Positions 36,615 through 46,524 of a stretch of 64,000 nt of DNA are shown here, piece by piece. The stretch's first letter is position 1. Each line of letters starts with the position of its first letter. This stretch comes from Candidatus Zipacnadia bacterium (GTDB taxonomy: Bacteria; Armatimonadota; Zipacnadia; Zipacnadales; Zipacnadaceae): NCBI GenBank assembly GCA_029820565.1, contig JALGUR010000014.1:7036-71035 (forward strand). Reading direction: 5' to 3'. The notes below the pieces were generated by a model. That model was not told the origin of the DNA, did no database searches, and worked only from the letters and a program-made list of their open reading frames with translations. The translations under genes were made by a program, and so were the position numbers.

Positions 36615-37952
36615 TTACAGGTGCCCCTGGATAATCTCCCCGTCAGTGCTCACTGCTCTCAGGCGGACAATCTCGCCCTGCAATTCTTCTGCGCCGGCGA
36701 ACACCACCTGTAAATAGTTGTCGGTTATGGCCTGCAACTGATTGCTGTCGGGCGGGGCAAATCGCTCCACGACTGCCTCAAAGGTCTTGTCAACCATAGT
36801 CTGGGCAAACTGCTGGCGCTTGCCGGCCGAGATGTGGCGCATAATGTGATTGCGCTCTTTTTTCACCTGCCCCTGAATTTGATTAGGCATATCAGCCGCC
36901 GCCGTACCGGGACGCGGCGAAAAAGTGAAGACGTGCAAATAAGACAGAGGCAACTGCTCAATCAGGCGGCGAGTCTGCTCAAACTCCTGCTCAGTTTCAC
37001 CAGGAAAGCCCACTATCACATCGGCCCCGATGCTCACCGCAGGCTCGGCTGATTTGATCTTGCCGATTAGGTCGGCAAAGAACTGGGCACTGTAAGGGCG
37101 ATTCATCCGGGCCAAGACACTGTCGCTCCCACTTTGTAGAGAGATATGTAGATGACGGCAGACTTTGCCGGCCGCAGGCCGGTCGCAATTATTTCCCAAA
37201 CAGCGCCCGCCGGCAGCCACTAACTGAATAATCTCATCAGTTATTTCCGGGGGATGGAGGGAAGACAATCGCAGGCGTCGCACCGTCGGCATATCCGCCA
37301 ATCGCCGCAACAGTGTAGGCAGATTGGTACCGTCATCCAAATCAGCACCGTACTGGCCCAGATTAGTTCCCACCAGCACTAATTCGGGGTGGCCGGCCTG
37401 CGCCAGTAGTCGGGCTTGCGCAAGAACTTGATCCATCGGCACGCTGCGGCTGGGGCCCCGGGCGTGGGTGATGATGCAATAAGCACACTGTCGGTCGCAG
37501 CCTTCTTGCACCTTGATGAAGGCCCGGGTATGACCGACAAATTCCTCAATCATCGGCCCAGTACCCCCGTAAAGCTCATCCGTGCTCTCCTCGGTGGCCG
37601 AGGCGGCACCTAATCCCGCAATTTCGCTGATGTGGGCTTTACCGGCATTGCCTACCACAATGTCAATGGCCTCAATCTGCCTCAGCCGCTGGGGGGCAAC
37701 TTCGGCATAACAGCCCGTAACTATCAGCCGCGCCTGGGGATTGCGCCGCTTGACTCCTCGGGCCAGGCGGCGACAATCGCGGTCGGTGCGGGAAGTGACG
37801 GTGCAACTGTTAATGATGTACAGGTCCGCCCGCGCATCAAAGGGCACAATCTCATAGCCCGCTTGCGCCAACTGGCGGCGCATCTGCTCGCTCTCAAATT
37901 GATTTAACTTGCAGCCTAAAGTTTTTATGGCCGCGGTCTTCAGTACTGCCAT
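36615..37952 (-). CDS. mtaB: Radical-SAM methylthiotransferase, MiaB/RimO/MtaB family (probably tRNA t6A37 methylthiotransferase MtaB)
   Basis: UPF0004 N-domain (LGCKLNQFESE), radical-SAM CxxxCxxC (CDRQCAYC) and a TRAM-like C-terminus. The start at MAVLKTAAIKTLGC gives 37952. The ORF upstream of that Met is an extension. Confidence 0.85.
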   Translation of the reverse strand: MAVLKTAAIKTLGCKLNQFESEQMRRQLAQAGYEIVPFDARADLYIINSCTVTSRTDRDCRRLARGVKRRNPQARLIVTGCYAEVAPQRLRQIEAIDIVVGNAGKAHISEIAGLGAASATEESTDELYGGTGPMIEEFVGHTRAFIKVQEGCDRQCAYCIITHARGPSRSVPMDQVLAQARLLAQAGHPELVLVGTNLGQYGADLDDGTNLPTLLRRLADMPTVRRLRLSSLHPPEITDEIIQLVAAGGRCLGNNCDRPAAGKVCRHLHISLQSGSDSVLARMNRPYSAQFFADLIGKIKSAEPAVSIGADVIVGFPGETEQEFEQTRRLIEQLPLSYLHVFTFSPRPGTAAADMPNQIQGQVKKERNHIMRHISAGKRQQFAQTMVDKTFEAVVERFAPPDSNQLQAITDNYLQVVFAGAEELQGEIVRLRAVSTDGEIIQGHL

Positions 37953-38127
37953 ACTATATTCTCTTGCAATATCTGCGTTTAGCCTTGAAGTCAGTACTAA
38001 ATATACTTTGTTTCCTTGATAGTCGCAATACTCTGTGAGTAATGAAGGAATACCTCGTGGCGTCGGTGAATTATTAGTTTTGCCTGTATGAACTGCACAT
38101 AAACACCTATGGAGAGGCGATAATCCA

Positions 38128-38892
38128 ATGCATCTGGGATTGGTCACTTATAACTTAGCACCAGAGTGGGATCTGGACACGTTGATAACTAATTGCGAAG
38201 AGACCGGCTTTGCGGGGGTAGAATTGCGTACGACTCATGGCCACGGCGTAGAGCCCAGCCTTAGCGACACTGAACGGGCAGCAGTCCGCCGGCGCTTTGA
38301 AGATACCCCAGTGGTGCTGTGGGGATTAGGCTCAACCTGCGAGTACCATTCGCCTGATGCCGAGGAGGTACGCCGCAATATCCAGGTCAGTCGGGATTTT
38401 ATTGATTTGGCCGCAGATGTAGGAGCGGTCGGCGTCAAAGTACGACCCAATGGGCTGCCTGAAGAGGTGCCCGTGGAGCAGACTCAGCGCCAGATTGGAG
38501 AGGCTTTGGCCGAGGTTGGCGACTATGCCGCCGAGCATGATATTGCGGTGTGGTTAGAAGTGCACGGGCCCGGCGGCAGTGCGCTACCGACCAATATCAA
38601 GAAGATTATGGATGTGGCCGACCACCCGTACGTGCAGGTGTGCTGGAACTGCAACGCCAGCGACGCAGTGGACGGCTCGATTCGCCAGAATTTCGACTTA
38701 CTGGCCGACAAAATCGGCTCGGTGCACATGCGCGACCTCTATCTGCCGGATTATCCCTGGCATGAACTGGTTGAGTGTTTAAGGGCCATCAACTATGACG
38801 GCTTCTGCCTCTTAGAAGCCCACCCACCCAGTGACGACCCGGTGCGAGTTATGCATTACTGTGCGGCACTGTGGCGGGAAATGACGAAGTAG
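38128..38892 (+). CDS. Sugar-phosphate isomerase/epimerase (xylose-isomerase-like TIM barrel, AP endonuclease 2 family)
   Basis: 254 aa with the typical TIM-barrel pattern (...VELRTTHGHG...WLEVHGP...LLEAHP). Confidence 0.7.
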   Translation: MHLGLVTYNLAPEWDLDTLITNCEETGFAGVELRTTHGHGVEPSLSDTERAAVRRRFEDTPVVLWGLGSTCEYHSPDAEEVRRNIQVSRDFIDLAADVGAVGVKVRPNGLPEEVPVEQTQRQIGEALAEVGDYAAEHDIAVWLEVHGPGGSALPTNIKKIMDVADHPYVQVCWNCNASDAVDGSIRQNFDLLADKIGSVHMRDLYLPDYPWHELVECLRAINYDGFCLLEAHPPSDDPVRVMHYCAALWREMTK

Positions 38893-39097
38893 CAGCGAGC
38901 AATTGTAGGCAGGCCACAGGAAACAGGAGGATAAGAACACTCCCCGGACGCTAACATGACGGGCCGATGATCACCCCCATAGCGATAAGGAAATAACAGA
39001 TGAGGGCAAAGAGACCGGTGCTCAAAGGGGCAGCGGATACATATATTACTCGCAGTATTTGGCGTACGATAAGGCGAACGTGCTCAGGTGGTGCCTG

Positions 39098-41104
39098 CTA
39101 ATCGTAGAGCAGGGCAGGCGCGGGGTAGATGAAGTGTATGATTATCCACACCGTCAACATAACGGCGCTACCGAGTATGAGGCCAAAAGCGCCGGGACGC
39201 AAGCCCCGGTAGGTCCGGAAGCCAGCCAACCTGACCACTGTCATCTTGATGAACCAGCCAATGAAAATGGACAGCCAATAGCGCTCTATGGGCCAGCCTA
39301 GGAAGGCAATAAAGCCGAGTGGGTGCAGCGGCCACCATACGAATTTTTGGCGCATAACTACTAAGCCCCAGGTTATCGCTGCGCCCAGCGCGATGCCTAC
39401 CCAGTGGTCTACCTCCATCTTTGTCGGCACCCGCAAATATGTCACCAGCCGGTTGGTGGTATTGAGCGACGATTGGTTGCACCAGTGGCCAAGCTTAGGC
39501 ACGGTCCACTTATAAATGATATAGGGCGCAGTGACGTGACAGGTGAGGATGGCCACGACTATTGCCGCCATCACCGCCAGCATTACCGACAGGCGGCTCA
39601 AGCGCGCATCGGAGCCTATCTTTAGGCCCTGGACGACCGCTGCCATATTCATAGTGGCTGTGGAGCGAATCTGCGTCCAGCTCGTCATCGTCAGCAGCGT
39701 CACATTCCGTAGTCCGATACGCTCGGTGCCGGCAATCTCAAAAATAGCTTCGTTGAGCTTGAAGGGGCTAGAGTACACAAACATGCCCGCCTCACAGATA
39801 ACGCGGGCGACGACCAGCCCGACCAACGGGAAGAGCGCATACTGCACAATGGCCCAGGTAACTGACATCCCCACGCTTACACACCACGCGACAATGAAAA
39901 TCAACGCGCCCAGAAAACCCAGAATTGCTATCCGATAGGGTTCATCGGCATCAGGAGCGTCAGGGTCACGTCTGAGCGTCCCCAGGGCCACGGCCCAGAC
40001 TCGTCGCAGGTGGCGGCGCGCTGACCACAATAATGCCATCGCCAGCATGGCATAGCTGCCCGCACTCTGAAACTCGAAGAACTGATAGTGTCCTCTATCT
40101 ATGCCCACCACGGTACGAAACAACTGCTCAATGCGCCGGAACCAGTAGAACAACCACAGAGAGAAGCCCACCTCGGCGGTGAGCAGATAGGCAATGCCAA
40201 TCATATCGGGGCGGAAATGATAAGCTATACTATTGAATGCAGCATAGGGCCCAGCGAAACGAGTTTGCGTGTACTTATCTGGAACAATGTCAGGGATACT
40301 GGGCCAGTAGGCATGCAGGCCCTTTATAATGTACAGCAGGCAAACGAACCCAAAACTACCCCACATAAGGCGACTGTGAAAGAAGGAAGAGCTACGCGCT
40401 GGCTCCCCCGCCACTATCTCTACGGGCACCTGCACCAAGGGGTACAATAGCTTCTCTTCCCTCTCCCACCGGTGAGCGATAACAGCGGCAAAGCACAGCA
40501 CCATCCAGTACAGGGCGAAGAAGAAGGGCGTCCAGACTAACAGCACCCCGGCCCACGGTCGCCATGGCAAGGAATGCCCTAAGGCAAAGCCCTCAAAAGC
40601 CCAGCGGATAACCGGGCTCTCCCGGTCGGTGCTCGGCACCAACAACGGGTTCATATCTTCCAGGTACAGTTCCGGCGGGGCGATGTCGGGCGAAGTGTAA
40701 TATACGATGCCTACGAGATTCAGATAAACATGCTGCGCGTACTCCTGGCCGGCGATAGCCCCGACTACCAGCAGCATTATGAAGATGATTAGTAGCTCGC
40801 GGGCCGTCAGGGCTAACCGGGGTCCCAGCCACTTCAAGAGCCGGAGGGCCGCGTTGCCGGCAATGAGCACCAGCAGCAAGGACACCGCGCCTCGCGGCAG
40901 ATAGCCCGTACCGATAATCTCATAGCGCAGAAACACCGAGAAGCAGCCCGCCACAGTGAAGCCAATGGTCAGGATCAACCCGATGACGATAGCCCGGGTT
41001 GTCATCCCAGCCTTCGGCTCCGGTTCGCCACCGGCTGCGGGCTCCACGGCAGCGCTCACATTTTCGCTTGGCTGTGACGCATTTAGATTATGACCAAGCA
41101 ACAA
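39098..41104 (-). CDS. Large polytopic membrane protein of unknown function
   Basis: 668 aa with about 14 hydrophobic segments. No recognisable motifs. Confidence 0.4.
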   Translation of the reverse strand: MLLGHNLNASQPSENVSAAVEPAAGGEPEPKAGMTTRAIVIGLILTIGFTVAGCFSVFLRYEIIGTGYLPRGAVSLLLVLIAGNAALRLLKWLGPRLALTARELLIIFIMLLVVGAIAGQEYAQHVYLNLVGIVYYTSPDIAPPELYLEDMNPLLVPSTDRESPVIRWAFEGFALGHSLPWRPWAGVLLVWTPFFFALYWMVLCFAAVIAHRWEREEKLLYPLVQVPVEIVAGEPARSSSFFHSRLMWGSFGFVCLLYIIKGLHAYWPSIPDIVPDKYTQTRFAGPYAAFNSIAYHFRPDMIGIAYLLTAEVGFSLWLFYWFRRIEQLFRTVVGIDRGHYQFFEFQSAGSYAMLAMALLWSARRHLRRVWAVALGTLRRDPDAPDADEPYRIAILGFLGALIFIVAWCVSVGMSVTWAIVQYALFPLVGLVVARVICEAGMFVYSSPFKLNEAIFEIAGTERIGLRNVTLLTMTSWTQIRSTATMNMAAVVQGLKIGSDARLSRLSVMLAVMAAIVVAILTCHVTAPYIIYKWTVPKLGHWCNQSSLNTTNRLVTYLRVPTKMEVDHWVGIALGAAITWGLVVMRQKFVWWPLHPLGFIAFLGWPIERYWLSIFIGWFIKMTVVRLAGFRTYRGLRPGAFGLILGSAVMLTVWIIIHFIYPAPALLYD

Positions 41105-41153
41105 CGCTTAGCTCCTCAGTGCTGTGCAGCCGTGTGCCCCGTTTCTGTCTCCC

Positions 41154-41873
41154 TTAGTTATTACTGTACTTGAGGCCCAGGTATTGATGCCGCTGGGAGC
41201 TGCCTTTGAAGTTGTTGCGGTGGACGTGATAGGTGACGCCCAGTCTCTCGCCCAGCGAGTAGTCCAGGCTGACGTCAAAAGTGTAGCGCATCCGCTTGCG
41301 GCGCAGGCGGAATTCGCCTAAGATGCCGTAACTGGTCTCGGGGTTGACGGTCAGGCCTATTCGCCCCCATTTGCGCTGGTACTGGAATAGCGCGCCAACG
41401 TCCCCCGCCCAGCTCTCCGAGGTGCGCACATCCTTGCTGGCGCCGCCGGTCAGTTCAATGAAGCCGCGAGGGAACTGCCTGCGCATACCACCGGCCACCA
41501 GGGTCAGGACCGTATCGCAACTATGGTCGCCTTCGGTGGAGACGGTTATGACCGGGTTCCACTCGGTGGCCGGCTGGTTTTGATAGATACGGCGCAGGCA
41601 GGTCTTGAGCCGGTCCAACTTGGACCCGCTGCCTCTGACTTTACTATAGTCCGAGTCAACGGTAATAGAAAACTGCCTTCCCGGGCTGTGGCGAGTCCAC
41701 AGGCCATCAAAGTTCCAGGAATAATCTCGCGAACTGGCCCCTTCACCCTTACTCTCGGCGATACTCAGGCCAATCTCGAACTTATCTTGAGTCCAGTCCT
41801 GTCCCTGGGCCACCGGACCGGCCCCTATGAGACAGAGAATAGTGAAGATGACAGTAGTACGGGTGCGCTTCAC
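41154..41873 (-). CDS. Putative outer-membrane beta-barrel protein (DUF481-like)
   Basis: Signal peptide. Alternating amphipathic beta-strand pattern. C-terminal aromatic residues (YLGLKYSNN). Confidence 0.4.
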   Translation of the reverse strand: MKRTRTTVIFTILCLIGAGPVAQGQDWTQDKFEIGLSIAESKGEGASSRDYSWNFDGLWTRHSPGRQFSITVDSDYSKVRGSGSKLDRLKTCLRRIYQNQPATEWNPVITVSTEGDHSCDTVLTLVAGGMRRQFPRGFIELTGGASKDVRTSESWAGDVGALFQYQRKWGRIGLTVNPETSYGILGEFRLRRKRMRYTFDVSLDYSLGERLGVTYHVHRNNFKGSSQRHQYLGLKYSNN

Positions 41874-42009
41874 CGGCAGTGGCCTCTCATATAGGCTACT
41901 TGCTGCTCAGCGGCAGCTGTGCTATAATCGGCACTGTTGTGCAGATTGACGAACGAAGCGACCGGGGTGTTAGGCCCCAGCCGGGGGTGTTGTGTTGCCA
42001 ACACCAGTA

Positions 42010-42201
42010 TTAGCCGGCCTTTTGCACTTTCCCTGCCTTCAGGCAACTGGTACATACTGTCATCCGCTTGCGTGCGCCATTTACCAGGGCGCTAACAGTT
42101 TGTAGGTTGGGTTTGAAGCGGCGCTTGGTGTGGCGATAAGAGCCGCTTACTTTGAAACCAACGCCACTTCCTTTACCGCAGATTTCACAGACCTTGGCCA
42201 T
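42010..42201 (-). CDS. rpmB: 50S ribosomal protein L28
   Basis: MAKVCEICGKGSGVGFKVSGSYRHTKRRFKPNLQTV...VCTSCLKAGKV matches L28. Confidence 0.9.
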   Translation of the reverse strand: MAKVCEICGKGSGVGFKVSGSYRHTKRRFKPNLQTVSALVNGARKRMTVCTSCLKAGKVQKAG

Positions 42202-42481
42202 AGTGATACTCTCCTAAGCGAGACGGTCGCAAAAACTGATTCCGGGCCACATACCCGTACAAACCATATGAGTTTGCGTGCGGAAAGCTGTAGCGCCATC
42301 GGGGCACCCTTCGGCAGACTCAGGACAGAGAGGATGCCGGTCCTACAGATTTCGCCACGGTCTCTAATCATAAAGTACGATCGATAGCGGAAGTCAAAAC
42401 GACTGGCTGCCGCCGACTACTAACCTATAATATCACAAAGTAACTACGTAAGCAAGTTGCTGGAGACTCTTATATCCTGAA

Positions 42482-43312
42482 ATGAGCGATATTGAGCTGA
42501 AAAGTGACTATTATCGGCATCCGGCGGCTACTCCCCCGCGTATTGGCGGGACGGCTATGGTGGGGGGAGTGCATCTATCCACGGGCACCGTGGGCACCGG
42601 CTCGGCTCTCCATCTGTTCGCTACGGGGTTCACCTTAATTGCTCTGGGCGCGATAGCCACCGTCATCACTTATGTCATAACGTGGATAATCGGCCAATTC
42701 GTCGGAGCACCTCTGGAAGGATTGCTACTGCAGGTGGCGACTCCCCACGATATACCCAATTATCCCCTATGGGAGATAGTCCTGAACTTGCTGACTTTCT
42801 CTACCTTTTTGGTAGTAGTCCGGCTGTCGCCGTTGTCAGGATACCATGCCGCCGAGCACAAGGTGGTACACGCTATTGAGCAGTATGGATACCCTACCTG
42901 GGAGGCAGCCCAGAGAATGTCGCGGGCTCACCGCCGCTGCGGTACTACTCTGTTAGCTGGAATTCTACCGGCCCTTCTCATAGCCGGGCCTCTGGCGACA
43001 ATATCCTGGCCCCTGGCCGTGCTGGTCGTATTAGTAGGCTGGACGGCGCGATATCCCGTGGGGCATGTCATCCAACAGTTATTCACCACCAAGGAGCCTA
43101 CTGCCCGGCAACTGCGGGCTGGACTGGAGGCGGGCCAACTGCTCTTGGAGCGCTGGTGGCGCAATCCAACCCAGCGCATCCCGCCCCTGCAATCGTTGTG
43201 GCGGCGTGGGTTTGTCCAGATGTTTAGCGGCGTAGTAACCGGGATGTATTTCTTTGGCTCAATTTATCAGCATTTGCACACCTGGCTGGATTGGAGCCAG
43301 TATCTAATTTGA
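42482..43312 (+). CDS. DUF1385-family (YqhQ-like) membrane protein
   Basis: SGYHAAEHKVVHAIE signature (HGAEHK motif). Several TM segments. argS follows after a 4-nt gap, so the two are probably co-transcribed. Confidence 0.55.
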   Translation: MSDIELKSDYYRHPAATPPRIGGTAMVGGVHLSTGTVGTGSALHLFATGFTLIALGAIATVITYVITWIIGQFVGAPLEGLLLQVATPHDIPNYPLWEIVLNLLTFSTFLVVVRLSPLSGYHAAEHKVVHAIEQYGYPTWEAAQRMSRAHRRCGTTLLAGILPALLIAGPLATISWPLAVLVVLVGWTARYPVGHVIQQLFTTKEPTARQLRAGLEAGQLLLERWWRNPTQRIPPLQSLWRRGFVQMFSGVVTGMYFFGSIYQHLHTWLDWSQYLI

Positions 43313-43316
43313 AGCT

Positions 43317-45029
43317 ATGATACAGGAGCAATTACGACAGCTAATACACGAAGCACTGACAAAGATGTCGAGCGACAATGGGTCAGATGTGTCCGCCCCT
43401 CTCACAGCCACCAAAATCGCGGGCGATTTCCCCCGGTCAATTGAGATAGAAACGCCCAATAATCCCGAGCACGGCGACTTTTCCACTAACATTGCCTTAG
43501 TTCTGTCCGGCCTCCTCGACGCGCCGCCCCGGCAATTGGCGGAGAGGATAGTCGCCAATATCCCCCCAAACGACATTATTGAGCGCGTGGAAGTGGCCGG
43601 GCCTGGCTTTATCAACTTTTATTTGCTGCCCCTTTGGCTCCATAAGGTGCTTGAGCAGTGCTTGACCAAGCCGGACCGCTACGGTTGCAGTGACTACGGT
43701 ACAGGCCAGAAAGTGCAGGTAGAATTTGTCAGCGCTAATCCCGTCGGGCCGATACATATTGGCAATGCCCGCGGCGGGCCCTTCGGCGATGCGCTGGCCA
43801 ATCTCCTGGCCACTATTGGCTATGAGGTCCAGCGCGAATACTATGTCAATGATGGTCCCGAGAATACGCAACTGAAAATCTTTGGGGCCTCGGTGCAGGC
43901 CCGCTACCTCCAGGAGTTGGGCATTGAGACCGAATTCCCCGCCGACGGTTACCAGGCCGACTATGTGGTAGACCTGGCCCAGCGAATTGTCAAACAGGAC
44001 GGTGACGCCCATGCCGATGTGCCGGCTGATGAGTCTGGCGCGTTGCACTTCTTCTCTCTGGTGGAGGAATGGATGGTAGAAGGGCTACACGAAGACTGCG
44101 CGGCTATGGGTATTGAGTTTGACCGCTGGTTCCGTGAGACCGAACTGTACGAGCAAGACCAAGTCCGCCAGCAAGTAAATGGACTGCTTCAGAGCGGGAC
44201 TGCTTATGAAAAGGACGATGCGGTGTGGCTGCGGGCGGCCGAGTTTGGCGATGAGGAGGATCGGGTGCTCATTCGGCGCAGCGGTTCACCTACTTACATC
44301 GCCTCCGACTTAGCCTACGCGGTGGATAAATTCATTAAGCGGGAGTTTGACAAGGTTATCTACGTGTGGGGGCCCGACCATGCCGGCTATGTGGCCCGGC
44401 TGCAAGCGGCTCTGGCGGCGATTGGCGTGAAGAAAGACCAATCTGAGTTCATCATCTACCAGACGGTGCGCTTCCTGGAAGGCGGCGAGCCGTTGGCGCT
44501 ATCCAAGCGTCAGGGTAATATCATCACTATCCGCGAAATTATTGACGACATTGGCCGCGATGCGACCCGCTTCTTCTTCCTGATGCGCAGCGTAGATGCC
44601 CACCTGGACTTTGACCTGGACCTGGCCCGCCAGCAAAGCCAAGAAAACCCGGTCTACTATGTGCAATATGCTCATGCCCGCATCTGTAGCATCCAGCGCG
44701 AAGCAGCCAAGCGCGGCTTTGAAGTGCTACCGCTACAGCAAGTTGACCTCTCCTTGCTCACTCATCCCGACGAATTGACATTGCTGCGCAAGATTGCCGA
44801 CTATCCGCAACTCATTCAGCAGGCGGCTCTGGACCGGGCCCCACATCGTCTTCCCCACTTCGCTGGCGAGTTGGCCCAGACTTTCCACCAGTTCTACAGC
44901 ACTTGCCGGGTCCTGGACCCTGACCAGCCCGCCCTCAGCCAGGCCCGTCTCAAACTGGTCCAGGGCACCCAGATGGTGCTGCAGAATCTGCTCGGCCTGC
45001 TGGGCATAACTGCTCCCGAGCAGATGTAG
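43317..45029 (+). CDS. argS: Arginine--tRNA ligase
   Basis: Class I HIGH (PIHIGNARGG) and KMSK-like (LSKRQGN) motifs. An anticodon-binding DALR-type C-terminus. 570 aa. Confidence 0.9.
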   Translation: MIQEQLRQLIHEALTKMSSDNGSDVSAPLTATKIAGDFPRSIEIETPNNPEHGDFSTNIALVLSGLLDAPPRQLAERIVANIPPNDIIERVEVAGPGFINFYLLPLWLHKVLEQCLTKPDRYGCSDYGTGQKVQVEFVSANPVGPIHIGNARGGPFGDALANLLATIGYEVQREYYVNDGPENTQLKIFGASVQARYLQELGIETEFPADGYQADYVVDLAQRIVKQDGDAHADVPADESGALHFFSLVEEWMVEGLHEDCAAMGIEFDRWFRETELYEQDQVRQQVNGLLQSGTAYEKDDAVWLRAAEFGDEEDRVLIRRSGSPTYIASDLAYAVDKFIKREFDKVIYVWGPDHAGYVARLQAALAAIGVKKDQSEFIIYQTVRFLEGGEPLALSKRQGNIITIREIIDDIGRDATRFFFLMRSVDAHLDFDLDLARQQSQENPVYYVQYAHARICSIQREAAKRGFEVLPLQQVDLSLLTHPDELTLLRKIADYPQLIQQAALDRAPHRLPHFAGELAQTFHQFYSTCRVLDPDQPALSQARLKLVQGTQMVLQNLLGLLGITAPEQM

Positions 45030-45056
45030 AGAGATTAGCTATGTAACATATTCGTA

Positions 45057-45106
45057 CAAAATCCCCCCATAATCCCCCCGCAAGCGGGGGGATACAGGGG
45101 GGCAGG
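45057..45106 (+). other. Structured C6/G6 double-tract element (copy 1), 30 nt after the argS stop
   Basis: AAAATCCCCCCATAATCCCCCCGCAAGCGGGGGGATACAGGGGGGCAGG. Nested CCCCCC/GGGGGG pairing with a conserved ATAAT/ATACA internal loop. Confidence 0.6.
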
Positions 45107-45146
45107 AACCTTTAGCCAGGGACAAAAAACTATAAGGGGTGATATT

Positions 45147-45518
45147 ATGGGTTGTTCACGACTATTGGTTAATGGTACTGTACGGTTTGCTCTTCTGCTG
45201 GCCTTATTGATATTGCTCGTCGGGAGTCTTTCGGGCTGCGGTAGTCAGGACGTGACTATTGGTGAGGGGACGGCGGAACTGGTGTTCACCAACCGCGGCG
45301 ACACCTCGGTGCCCGTCACCGTGCGGTGGACGGGAGCAAAGGAGAAGGTGGCTACAGAGCGGTTCACCGTGCAAGTATTAGGTAGGGTGACCCTGAAGGT
45401 GCCGCCGAGATTTAGTTATGACATTGAGATGCGTCCGGACTGCCCCAGCACCAGCCAGGCGCCCGCAGGTGAGAGTGCTCCGGCCCAGGATGAAGTCATT
45501 GACGCCCGCCAGCGGTGA
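45147..45518 (+). CDS. Hypothetical small lipoprotein
   Basis: Signal peptide with lipobox LSGC. 123 aa. Confidence 0.45.
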   Translation: MGCSRLLVNGTVRFALLLALLILLVGSLSGCGSQDVTIGEGTAELVFTNRGDTSVPVTVRWTGAKEKVATERFTVQVLGRVTLKVPPRFSYDIEMRPDCPSTSQAPAGESAPAQDEVIDARQR

Positions 45519-45519
45519 G

Positions 45520-46045
45520 CTAATTGCATTAGGGCCGGCCTCACTGCGTTCAACCGGCCCCTCCGAACGACAATAAATGGCTCAGGCGCGACGCCGGGGC
45601 CATTTGCTTTAGGCGAAGCCCCCGCGTAGCGCAGGTTCTTAACCTGCGTGCTCTAAATGGGGGCGAGGTTGGAGAACCTCGCCTGCGCGCCTGTTCGTGG
45701 CACAGGCATACCGCCTGTGGTCGGTGGGACAGGCGTCCCGCCTGTCCGTAAATCCGACGGGCGAGACGTCCGTCGTACCAGGTTTCACCGGCTGGAAGCC
45801 GGTGCCACTATATCGGGCCGGGGACGGCCCTCACACAAAAACTTATCATTCTACTACCCTAGGAGCGGCGTCCCCGCCGCGACCGAATCCGGCTGGCCTC
45901 GGCCGGCCCCTCCGAACGACAATAAATGGCTCAGGCGCGATGCCTGGGCCATTTGCCTTAGGCGAAGCCCCCGTGTAGCGCAGGTTCTTAACCCGCGTGC
46001 TCTAAATGGGGGCGAGGTTGGAGGACCTCGCCTACGCGCTATATG
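45520..46045. repeat. Repeat-dense intergenic block: two direct copies of about 150 bp (45527-45695 and 45890-46045) of a REP-A + family-C composite, separated by a family-B element
   Basis: The two copies are more than 90% identical, for example GGCCGGCCCCTCCGAACGACAATAAATGGCTCAGGCGCGA...GTAGCGCAGGTTCTTAACC...GGGGGCGAGGTTGGAG. Confidence 0.7.
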
Positions 46046-46520
46046 GGGCACCGCGCGTCGCCCGAAACAGCAGCAGCGCTACGGCTATCATACCCAATGA
46101 TATGACTATCGGCAGCCATACCGGGGCGTACCAGGGCTGGGGTATCAGGAAGAGGCAGTCCATAGTAGTCAGGGAGGCGGGCCAGTTAATCAGCGCCTTC
46201 AGGCCGACATAATAGAAGATGTCCCAGACCCCGAAAGCGAATAAGAAAACGGCCAATTTCTGGACGCGAGTGCGCCCGGCCAGCAGGGCCAGCGCCACCA
46301 GCATAATAATGGTCGCCGCTTCGCGGGTCTGCTCGGTGGAGATGAGCCAGTCGGGCACCTGAGCGATCGCCTCGGCGTTCAACTGCTCGGGCGCCGGAAC
46401 AATACCCAATATCTTGCGGATGTACACTACCACCACCGCTTCCAGATAGCCCATGGCTATGCCGAAAGCCGTCAAAGTTGCCAATAAATTGTAATTCAAG
46501 CCTCCTCGCTTGCTTGCCAT
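46032..46520 (-). CDS. Hypothetical membrane protein, co-transcribed downstream of valS
   Basis: 162 aa with 4 TM segments. 4-nt gap after the valS stop. Confidence 0.4.
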   Translation of the reverse strand: MASKRGGLNYNLLATLTAFGIAMGYLEAVVVVYIRKILGIVPAPEQLNAEAIAQVPDWLISTEQTREAATIIMLVALALLAGRTRVQKLAVFLFAFGVWDIFYYVGLKALINWPASLTTMDCLFLIPQPWYAPVWLPIVISLGMIAVALLLFRATRGAPYSA

Positions 46521-46524
46521 TGGC

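Noticed and set aside
41874-42009. Hairpin GGTGTTG-GCAACA-CAACACC downstream of rpmB as a terminator
   Set aside because: No U-tract follows it and the stem is short. It may be a weak terminator or a coincidence, so it is not called.
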